A program made the position numbers and the translations under genes. 64,000 nucleotides of DNA, from assembly GCF_026571515.1 (NCBI RefSeq), contig NW_026863859.1, forward strand, positions 434,001 to 498,000, in the 5' to 3' direction. Below, in pieces: positions 54,040 to 64,000 of the stretch (position 1 is its first letter; the number at the start of each line of letters is the position of its first letter). This DNA is from Ruditapes philippinarum. Its lineage: Eukaryota. Under the pieces are notes generated by a model that worked only from the letters and a program-made list of their open reading frames with translations, did not search any database and was not told where the DNA came from.

Positions 54040-54317
54040 TGAGTTTATTTATACTTGCCACCGGATAACCATATGGGCAAGTCCTTCAGAAGCGTATTAG
54101 TCATTTTTTTCGATACGCATACAGAAAATGCCCCAATTCCAGAAGCTTTCCCTGCTTCTTTAGTGTATCAAGCGTAAAATTACTCATACACGGTACCTCG
54201 ATCTAAAGTCTCATCTGAAAGACTGATTAGTAATTTAAGTTGGCCAGCCCGGGAATCGAACCCACCATGCCGAGATTACAAGTCTCGCGCTCTTACGACT
54301 GAGCTATGCGGACTGGC
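54040..54317 (-). mobile_element. tRNA-Thr(TGT)-like-headed SINE
   Basis: Minus strand reads tagctcagtcgtaagagc-cgaga-cttgtaa-tctcg..gggttcgattccc, followed by a SINE-type central domain gtctttcagatgagactttagatcgaggt..cactaaagaa. Acceptor and T stems are imperfect. Confidence 0.7.
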
Positions 54318-54916
54318 TTATTTTAAATGGAATTAAGGTGTAAAAGTACATAATAAACATGCATAATTTGTATACTGATTTTGAACGGTTGATGGGTTTT
54401 CTGGTTTATAATTCTAATCAAAATTTCACCTTCGCTTATTTATTCCATTTCTTTTCTGGATGGACCAGTGATACGATTGTTGCTCTATATGTCCTTTGTT
54501 TATGTCCGAATTTGTAAATGGGTGTGCAATGTTTAAATGTGTTTTTGAGTGTGAAAACTGCTTTAATTAAAGTAAAAAATAAGTTTAATATATTAAGCGT
54601 TAAAGTACAAAAAATGCATAAGTTGGAGCCCATGTTGATTTTAAGTCAATCTATGCCAAGATGTATTCAAGAACTATTATTGTTTAACTTGTTCTTGTTC
54701 AATATCACAACCTCTTTGTGGGAAGGACCAAGTCTCTTATGTTGTTTAAACTTCTGGCCCAACCCTTTTGCTTTTCATGAACAACTACAGCATCCATGTA
54801 AATACGGTAAATTTATTATATTTTTGTCTGATGTTTGCATGTGACATTGTATCTATTTTGTAATAATAAACAACCCATTCGTACAAAGTGGACACTTATT
54901 TTACGAGTATATTTAA

Positions 54917-55281
54917 AGCGGCCTTCAACTTTTATTTTCTGATGAAAAACCATAATGTGATGTATAATGTGTATATAACTAAGTATTACAGTAAATTTAC
55001 CCTGGAAAAGAGAATCATTACACTGTTTAGCCTTCTTCAAAGCAGCGACAATGGGGCTATTAATTTTATAACGCATAAGTGACGCTCATTTCTTAAAATA
55101 GACGATATCGGGGAAGCCTTATTAATTTAAATATAGAGAGCGGACCGGTAAATTAGAGATATTGAGAGGTTTTCCTTATTGTTTATGTATTTTGTATTAT
55201 TCTTTAAATTTGACAATTATATAAAACGATTTTTCTAAATGAAAAGTAACATATTTAACATTAGAAAAGCTGAAGGCCGCT
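54917..55281. mobile_element. TTAA-flanked MITE (Kolobok-like); related copy at ~19065-19312
   Basis: TTAA|agcggccttcaacttt ... aaagctgaaggccgct|TTAA. Internal agagagcg(g/a)accgg..tttccttattgttt is shared with 19141-19190. Confidence 0.75.
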
Positions 55282-56215
55282 TTAACATATGCCTACTAGT
55301 ATTTAAGCATTTATTTAAACCTGGTTCTACTTGTAAACAGTTTGTTTATTTATAAAGGTCATCGTTTTATCCACTGTCATACATGTATTATCTAAATATA
55401 GTGATCCCAAAATTGACTTGGACAAGTAAAACTTCACATGATTAGTAAGTGAATATTTTACTTTTATTTAGATCAGAGAGCCATCTTCATATTGCGTCAT
55501 ATTAGCCACCATAATATTGCATATAATATAATGTATGATATTTTCAGATAATATTTGACTTAACATTTATAGAAGTATTTTCAAAACAAAATTTATATCA
55601 CCTTCATAAAATTCTTTTGAGCCCCATACTCTATTAAATGTTTCTTTTTCTTTCTTTATGCTATGTTTGTGCGTGAATCATTTTTATTCTGAAAAAATAA
55701 GTAACAGGGATTTACATCACTTTCAAATTTCAGGGATCCAATTAATGCATGCTCTGTCATAAAAGGGGTCTAACCACTAATTTTTAGATCTTCAAAGTCA
55801 AATTATTTACTATACTCAATTATTTACTGATCATAATTATCGTAGATGTGACAAACACTTGTATTCCAAAGTTATGGTTTTAAGCAAAATCTAATAAGCT
55901 AGTATTATATTTTCATGCATCACCTTGGATGCTCAAGGTAAAGAAGTGTGCGTAAAAATGGACTTATGGGGGTATACTGATGCAGGATTTTTCCTTCGAT
56001 AAATCCCGGAAGTAATTATATATCATAACAGACTCGTTTTAAAGATTATACAGGTTGTGACAGGCCAATAAGGTTATATAAATCTATCATCGTTTACTCT
56101 TGGTCAGATAACATGTCAAACAAATCATTACAAAATGACATAAAGAAAGTGAGAACAATAAAAATGCATTACAGAGTCAAACATAACATATCAAATTGTG
56201 AAAACAATAAGATTC

Positions 56216-56376
56216 NNNNNNNNNNNNNNNNNNNNNNNNNNNNNNNNNNNNNNNNNNNNNNNNNNNNNNNNNNNNNNNNNNNNNNNNNNNNNNNNNNNNN
56301 NNNNNNNNNNNNNNNNNNNNNNNNNNNNNNNNNNNNNNNNNNNNNNNNNNNNNNNNNNNNNNNNNNNNNNNNNNNN
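56216..56376. other. Assembly gap (N run)
   Basis: Directly visible. Confidence 1.
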
Positions 56377-57059
56377 GACGGATTTTGCTATGACATTATC
56401 ATATAAATTTATTTAACTGTTATATGTCAAATACATTGTATTGCTTCATTCTTAACTTACTATAATTTACATGCAGAAACTATTCTGATGACAAACAGAA
56501 TCAATATTCTGCAACTACCAACAGAAAGTATATAAAGATCGGCCATTTCACTTTTGTCTTTGTTGACAAAACTTCATAAACAATTTCCACCGGTGAGCTT
56601 TATATTCATCTGGATTATATATATTCCATTGGTTAACAAAATTTGTTCATTTTACTTATCTATACTATTGAAAGTTCATTAGGTCATTTATGAATATGGC
56701 AGTCAGACTTTTGTGATTTTAATCAAAAGCCATATTGTTATGGCTGTGTGCTTAAAGGCACATGAATTATGTGTCAGAAACGAATTATTTTATTTCTTTC
56801 TTAAGAAGGGCAAACATGACTTTTATAACATTTAAAATATGTTTAAAACCTATGCTAGGTACTTATCACCAGTCACTTACTTACTTGCTACGTACTTATC
56901 ACCTGTAGTAATTAGCGCTGAGTGTGCATAAAAATAGCAAGATGTTCACAAAGAAGTATTTTGACTTCCATACAAAATATTAAATCACTAAAACTGTATT
57001 GATTGCTAAAAAGGCAACAGAAGCAAAATATGGTTCTTTTAATTAGCCAATCAGTAACA

Positions 57060-57510
57060 TTTTAGAAACTATAATATGCCTCCAAAAGAAAAAAAAAGCT
57101 TTCGGGAAATAAAAACAATAAACCATTTTTGGGCATAAGGGGCCTTAAATGATATATGGCAAACGTTAATACCGAAAAGTTAAGGAAATCTTTATCACGT
57201 TTCAGGACTTCTTCACATAGATTAAAAGAAGACACTGGTAGATGGCATAAAGCTGAAGCAATTCCTGATAATGAAAGAAAATGTAATATTTGCTCTAAAT
57301 TAGAAGATGAATTCCATGTATTATTAGAATGAGCACTGTACAAATGTTTTGAGAAAAAAAAATATGGATAAAAATGTATATACCAAATTTCCCTATATTT
57401 ATTGAATTGTTAACATTTAGAATGATAATGTTATAAAAGAAATATCAATGTTTATCTTTTAAATGTTTGAATTAAGAACAAATGTTGAATACTTGTAAAT
57501 TATATTTGGA
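57060..57510 (+). mobile_element. Degenerate 3' end of a non-LTR retrotransposon (CR1/L2-group ORF2 C-terminus)
   Basis: Translates as LRKSLSRFRTSSHRLKEDTGRWHK..ERKCNICSKLEDEFHVLLE*, the RxSSHxL.ETGRW..C..C..EDEFH motif of LINE ORF2 tails. Confidence 0.8.
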
Positions 57511-57517
57511 ACGTAAA

Positions 57518-59279
57518 CACGGTGATAGGGCGATTACCACAACTTTTCCGCGCAACGTCAAAATACCATCCTTCTGACCGAGACACCGTATATTTCTGGA
57601 CAAAATATTAATGCGGGATAAACAAATTCCAGGTTATAGCTTACAAAATATCTTACTGCTGGACATTGCAAGATTATTCCAATTGTTTAAGTATTCCATC
57701 GAATTTTTGAGACAATTTATCGTTAATCTAGCACAATACAATTCACAAAAAAAACATACTTCGAAGAAATAGTGTTTACAAAAGATCGTGTGTACCTCAA
57801 CATGACTCGTACCTGTCACAAAAACGCGTGTTATAACGACGATGTCTTTGTTCTATGACCTAACGAGCTCGTATATTTATTATGGTTAACCCTAAGTTCA
57901 AGTTCCATACAAAATTGTGTGTTTCTATCGTAAATTTCAGGGAATATATGTTGAAAAAAGGCCTACTGACCCGAATATTGGAGCACCGTACAACACTGAA
58001 TTCAAACACCGCATTCTTTTTCCGTTAGACCGATAAATACTGGCCACCGTCTTCTTTTGAATTATGCATTCTTCATACAAATATGTTTCATTTGATGAAA
58101 GATTGTTTACTTGCTGTTACGTTATGTTGCTGTTATCATACGTTATGTTATGGAAAATTTCAGAAGGTCTGATCTGTGATAATACTACCAGTTATAGATA
58201 AGTGCAATGGTATCTATATATAGATAAGGATGTCTTTTCCTTTTCGAACTTATTCAAACTGATAAACCCCACATGGAAAGATTGAAGTTCTTGGCAGACT
58301 ATACCATCTAACAACATCGAGAAAAAAAAGGAATGAAATATTTTTAATGGGAATTTCTTATTGCATACTAATTTGATCAAGTTGCAAAAGTCATAACATA
58401 AATTTTCATGGTGTAGTTTTTGCAGGAACCCGGGCAATATTTCCATAATCTCTTCAGTCATGGTCTCCAATATGCTTTTATTAAACAATCTTTTGCGAAA
58501 GTTTGACTTCATATTCTTTTTCTAATGTGGTGCGTTAAGCATATCGTCCTGAAATACAGGGAAGCCCTGATCCATTGGCGTACTGCTGATATCAGAAGAC
58601 TTAGTTGGGCGCTCTCCAGTTGCTGCAGTATCTTCTGGAAGTATTATGCAGCTTTGCAAATTTCGCACGTTGCTTTGGCTTGTTCAGACATAGGTTTGAA
58701 CGTCTTCTTTTTCTGAAAGCAAACATTAATATCAAAAATAAACGGTGCTAAAAAAAACAGAAAAATGCGGTGATTTTAAGGAGGAAGAATGCGGTGCCCT
58801 AATCTTATGATTGACAAAGTTGTGCGGTGCCTTAAAATACACACGTGGAAACATAAAAATCGTACCAAATATACAAAAAACGGGATATTTATGTATTGTA
58901 ACTTGTTCATACGACAACAATGTACATATTTATATTGTATTTTGGCCAGTTATATGAACTGAACGGACTAGAAATACGTTATATTTCGTAATCAAAGCAA
59001 GATTTTTTTCAGTATGCCCTAAATGTTTTCACTATCCTGACATAATTAATGAAGCATATTGCATGTAGTAAGGATAAATAAGTTTCAAATTAAATGGCAC
59101 ATTCGATGAAAAAGAAAAAAATGATGATTTTACCTTGTTTTGAGCAAATTATCTGCTGTTTACGGCTCGGTTACAGACTTGCTGTCCATTTTGTACCACA
59201 GAAATATACGGTGTCTCGGACAGAAGTAAGATATTTTGACGTTGCGCGGAAAAGTTGTGGTAATCGCCCTATCACCGTG
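57518..59279. mobile_element. 1.76-kb TIR DNA transposon with ~90-bp TIRs starting CACGGTG, a 5-bp TSD (GTAAA) and a decayed minus-strand coding remnant
   Basis: GTAAA|cacggtgatagggcgattaccacaacttttccgcgcaacgtcaaaata ... tattttgacgttgcgcggaaaagttgtggtaatcgccctatcaccgtg|GTAAA. Frameshifted remnant at ~58720-58270 (..DFCNLIKLVCNKKFPL/NISFLFFLDVVRWYSLPRTS). Confidence 0.85.
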
Positions 59280-59606
59280 GTAAATGTAATGTTACTAAAT
59301 TGACGTAAGTATGCGAAACTTGCGCTTTATTTACACGGTGCTGTTATATTATTATTCTGTTCATATCGAACCAAACATTGTCTCAATTATACATGTTAAA
59401 AACGCATATAGTAGTATATGCTTCATATAAGATTTTGCTTGGGACCTATTTTTTTTATTTCGCACATGACCTTACATTGTCATCTCTATTGTTTTAGGAT
59501 CTGTTTAACGGTTTGAAATGTTATTGAAATTTTCAGTGGGAATAGTATTATAATGATAATTGTCTAAAAAGTATATGATATTCTATTTCCAGTCTGAAAT
59601 ACAACA

Positions 59607-62600
59607 ATGGCTGACGGAACAGAATTGAGGAGGAGTTTCAAGTATAAGATGGGCGGTCCGAAGAGCGTCGTCATGTTTGCATTATTCTTTACTGTTTATA
59701 CATTCTATATAACTGCCAAGTGTGAGACGGTACTTTTTATTATTCTACATCTGCAAAATTACATTTAAAAGAACGCATTCTAGTCTATATAAACATACAT
59801 CTAAATAATGTGCAAAACTTGCAAAGCTAGATTAACATCGACTTAGGCCTTATATTCGTGTTCAAAATTATTGATATGCGCAAAAGGGCACTGATTTTGC
59901 ATAGAAAGGAAACAAATAAAAAAAGAATGAAATATTCTGGTGTGAAGTTAACTGTGCAACGACAAAGACGTAAGCAAGGAAGCCTTATTTTATCAAAAAG
60001 GCCAAGTTATGCAGAAATGAAGATTATTTGTTGCTTTTTTCCCCATTGGCTTTTATAATTTTGACTGATCCTTGTCTGGTCTTACATGCTGATACCTAGA
60101 TATAACATCGAGTTCTTTACTTACATTACCTTGGCAACGGGCAATGTACGAGTATTGTGAACATTAATAAATATCTTCCGATGAGGATGCTGAATTTTCA
60201 ATTCAAATTGTACAGATAGGTGCATCAAATCAAATTGCACAATATATTAATCTCATTTTATATTACAATTAAATAAAACTTCTCTTAACATTTTTTCATT
60301 TTATTTTCTTGAAGTTCTCATTCATTTTTGCTTTTAAGGGGAAATGGGACCTTCTGGACTTTCGTCTGCAGACCAACGATGTGCTTGTAGCAGTTGATTT
60401 TAAGATTGCCGCGTATATTCTCCTTTGGTTCATAGCTCAATGTTTTCTGTATATTCTTCCTATCGGTGGACACAAGGAACCAGGCGTCATTTTGCCATCG
60501 GGCGATCGACTTTTGTACAATACAAATGGTAAAGTATAGGATATATGTATAAATCGTATTTCGTCATTATACTCTTTTGTTGGTGTTTTTCTATCTTTTA
60601 GTTTTCTCTTTCTCTCTCTTTTCAGGATTGCATCTAAGCTCCTATTAGTAGAGATGTATGTTTTTCTCTTATCCACTTTGATAAAGATTCTAGGCATTTT
60701 TACAACAGGCAGTGCCATTTAAGCTCTTGAATTAGTGTCTTAGTGTTAGGGAGTTGATCATTTACCCAATATCGATTAATAGTTGCCATGTGCTACTATT
60801 TGTTTACATGTAATGATAACTTCAAAAGAATGACCGTGGAGCAGGAACAACATCACATTCTTTCAAAATGTTTGTGTTCCTTTCTTTATGGTGGCTGATT
60901 TGGCACACTTTGCGCTTTGCGTTGTCGATAGCGACAACACAACCTATATCGTTATCGCCTTTTCGTCTTGCCGTCTTGTCGCTAGCGAAACGCGCCAAAA
61001 GGCGCGTTGTTGTCGCACTGTCGTCTTGTCGTCCTGTCTCTAGCGAAGCACGCCAACGGTGCGTTGTCGTGCGGCGCGTTGTCGTGCGGCGCGTTGTCAT
61101 GATGTCGCCCTGTCGCTTGGTTTATAAGCCAATCCTTCGATTTGCGCCGAGCGACAATGTAACATCGCGACAATACACCGCACGACAACGCGCCGTTAGG
61201 CGTATATCGTTAACGACAAGAAGGACAAGACCAAAGGCCGACAACAAGCCGTTTGGCGCTTTGTCGTGCTGTCGCTAGCGACAACACGACGCACAAAAGC
61301 GTTCCAAATCAGCCACCATATTTCTTTATAATGTTAAACATTACTTTCTAGCACTTACAGCACTTACTGCCAACAATGCGTTGCTCGCCGCCGCAGTTGC
61401 GCTTGGCTATGACGTCAGACGTATGTCAAGTTCCCTAGTAAGCATGTACAAGGCGACTGTGCTTTTGTGTTTTACGTTCAGCGTTTATTTACACGTTAGA
61501 GGCGGCACTGCAGACGAACTTAAAAAGAACCAAAATGGATGTTCAGGTAAGAAAATGTGAAAATGATTTTACCCCTAAACTGCTCAGTTCATTTAATGAA
61601 TATACCCTGCTTTGAAGTTTGAAGTTTTTTAAAGTTTACGGCGTATCGATACAAACATTGGGTTACCAGCGGAATAAAGCCTGGGCACACTGTACTGGTG
61701 TGCTGGGCTGAGGACCAAAACTGAGACACTTTTGTGTTTCAAGGAAAGCGTCTTTACTTATGACTTCGATTTCATGACTCACTTGATTTCTGAATAGCAA
61801 TACGGGTGAGCAAACACACATTGTAAATAAAATGGTCTGTCAATGTATGTCTTAATTTTTTTAATTATAGTCTACAGTCTTTGACTGAAGTTAAAAATGT
61901 TTATTGAAATGGTCTCAAGTTGGTTCTAAAGTTGCTTTTATGTCCTCGGACTTAGGGTACACTTAAGACTTTCTAAGAAACCCAGCCCGGCTGATGGACT
62001 AACAAAAATTTTATTTGTGATTAAGGTAATTAATTAGATTCGTATCGGTAATTTTTCATCTGCAGCTTGTAATTTGTTTTCTTTTCAAGGGAATGTTGTA
62101 TACGATTGGTTTATGGGACGGGAGTTAAATCCAAGATGGCGGTCACTCGACATCAAATACGTGCTTTTTAGAAGCGGTATAATCGGTTGGATAATCTTGA
62201 ATCTATGTTCTCTAGTGGAAAGCTGGGCGACATTTGAACGTTTTAATTCGACATTACTGTTACTCAACATGATACAATTAACATATGTTGCGGACTATTT
62301 TTGGTTTGAGAGCGGAGTGATCGTGTCACGTGATATTGTTCATGAAGGTCTTGGATATAATATTTTGATACAGTTCGTGATGATTCCTTTTTGTTTCTGT
62401 GTGCAGACACGATATATATTGACAAATGATACCAGGTTACCAAATACAGCTTTATGCTGTATTGCAATAATTTATAGTAAGTGAAAAATGTATAATCATT
62501 TTCTCAACTTTAAATTTTAAAGAGCACATACCATTTTAGATGAAACTATTAATGTTCTTAGCAACCATACAAAAACATTTCTCGAATTTGCTTAAAACTA

Positions 62601-63327
62601 AACGTAGGATTCATTAGACGTACTGTGTCACGCCCTTAAAGGATCCTTCTGAAAAGGCCCCAAAGGGGTGCATTATTATAGGAGTTACTTTTCGTAAAGA
62701 CTCTTAATGGATCTATGTTCGACGATTTTCGATACAATGATGTTCGTCTTGCAACAAATGACTGTTTGCCTGTGTTATGTCTGTCTGTAGGTTTGTCTAT
62801 CTATACGTGTGCCGCCTCTCTCCATGTTCGCCTATACCTTTCTGTCTACCCATCTCTGAGTATAATTTTCTTTGCAAAATAGTATGAAATTAATGACATC
62901 CACTACAGTTCATTCTGATATACTTTTAGCGGCATATCTTGGTTTGTCCGTCCGTATCTTGTCCGTGCTAACCTAATTCTATGACAATTAAGATACGTAT
63001 TCTTTAAAATTTACTTCAAATGCCAGTATGCGTGTGAGTTGTTGTATTTCCAATTGCCTTTTATGACTAGACTTAATCTGAAAACCGAGTCTACGACCTT
63101 TACCTTGACCTAGATATTTTTAATGCGTTCTCCCGAGAGATCTCCCCTTCTCTAAGATTTTGCCTGATGCTCAACTTGCAATATTAAATGGATGTCATAT
63201 GTTATATGTATATATTCACTCCAATGTTTACAACATCTCCTTTCAGCTACCGGTTACTACATATACAGACGAAGTAATTCCGAGAAAAATGACTTCAGGA
63301 AAAATCCTAACGATCCAAAATTGCGGT
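59607..63327 (+). CDS. ERG4/ERG24-family sterol reductase (delta14-sterol reductase TM7SF2/LBR-like, no Tudor domain seen), 3'-incomplete
   Basis: Exons 59607-59729 (MADGTELRRSFKYKMGGPK..), 60339-60528 (LYILPIGG..GVILPSGDRLLYNTN), 61352-61546, 62090-62476 (GNVVYDWFMGRELNPR..QLTYVADYFWFE) and 63247-63327 (GYYIYRRSNSEKNDFRKNPNDPKL). All junctions are GT-AG and phase-consistent. Confidence 0.9.
60887..61320. mobile_element. IS3EU-type MITE (TATGG...CCATA termini, 6-bp TSD TTTCTT) in a reductase intron
   Basis: TTTCTT|tatggtggctgatttgg ... ccaaatcagccaccata|TTTCTT. The GC-rich body is built of ttgtcg/cgacaa motifs and explains the spurious ORFs at 60822-61278. Confidence 0.8.
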
Positions 63328-64000
63328 GTAAGAATTTTCTTAGAGTTATTTCTTTTAATCTTTTGACCGTCATATATATGAGATTGTTCGTTTGAGGTTT
63401 AGTATCAAAATCTTCCAAAGAGTAATTTTCTTTTTTCTTTGCGAATACATTTAAAAATAAATTAAATACCATTTTAAAACTTTAAACTAGTGTAAAAATT
63501 TTCATTAATGATTTATTTTATTTAAAATTTTAAATTTTTTGTTTTTTTGTCATTTGAAAACTGTTTTTAAGAACAAAACCTTGTGTATCAAACTTTTATT
63601 TATTCAATGAAAAATTTAAAAACTTTTATTTTAAAAAAATTTTGTTTTTTTTTCAATGTTAAAGGGGACTTTTTCAATCTAGACCCTGGTTTTTCCCGTT
63701 ATTTTTTTTGGGACGTCCACCAAAAAGACTTTTCCCTTTCTGGGGGGAAAAGCCCCAGTGCCCTTCTTTCATTATTTCAAGAAGGGGGACCGAGTAGACC
63801 CCATTTCAAAGCAGTGGATCCCCCTTCACACATGAAAAAATTTTAAATGAACCCAGCGGGGATCAATGGGCTGTTTTAAAAACGCCCTTTAAACCCACTC
63901 GCAATGAACCACCCTTTTTTGGGAATTCATTGGTTTGTAGGGGAGTTAAACAAAAGGGCTGAAATAATATCCACTAAAAAAACTTTAAAAACACACGTTT

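Noticed and set aside
54241-54317. tRNA-Thr(TGT) gene
   Set aside because: The acceptor and T stems are mispaired and the sequence runs straight into a SINE body, so I called it a SINE head.
56113-56416. ORFs spanning the N run
   Set aside because: Artefacts of the assembly gap.
60822-61278. Arg/Thr-rich overlapping ORFs on both strands
   Set aside because: They are a by-product of the GC-rich repetitive MITE body.
63420-64000. ORF 63583-63846 or the next reductase exon
   Set aside because: The sequence is dominated by inflated homopolymers, suggesting a low-quality read end, and the expected LLxSGWWG..RHPNY motif is not recoverable.
1-64000. CRISPR arrays, rRNA genes or prokaryotic operons
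   Set aside because: None seen; the sequence is spliceosomal-intron-containing animal DNA.

Overview
AT-rich, intron-containing animal DNA. The gene and repeat content suggests a bivalve mollusc, possibly a venerid clam (inference). I built four spliced genes by hand from GT-AG sites and exon phase. (1) A 14-exon secreted reprolysin/M12B (ADAM/ADAMTS-like) zinc metalloprotease on the minus strand (37885-26827), with an intact HELAHNMGVNHD site, a Ser/Thr-rich stalk and a 6-Cys tail. (2) A divergently transcribed 3-exon, 106-aa cvSI-2-like (MEROPS I84) protease inhibitor on the plus strand (42358-44194). (3) An approximately 677-aa protein without a signal peptide, carrying a C-terminal trypsin-like H/D/S protease domain, on the minus strand (51405-48466). 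(4) The first five coding exons of a divergent ERG4/ERG24-family (TM7SF2/LBR-like) sterol reductase on the plus strand (59607-63327, incomplete). Both proteases have broken reading frames in their N-terminal regions but intact active sites. The first ~19 kb has no credible gene and is a nested, modular tandem array of non-coding units that includes a ~1 kb palindrome. Many MITEs and SINEs are present, including a 1.76 kb element with CACGGTG termini and a 5-bp TSD (Transib/RAG-like signature). There is one N gap, and the last ~600 bp look like low-quality sequence. I cannot demonstrate a new biological system from sequence alone; the best leads are ranked under findings.
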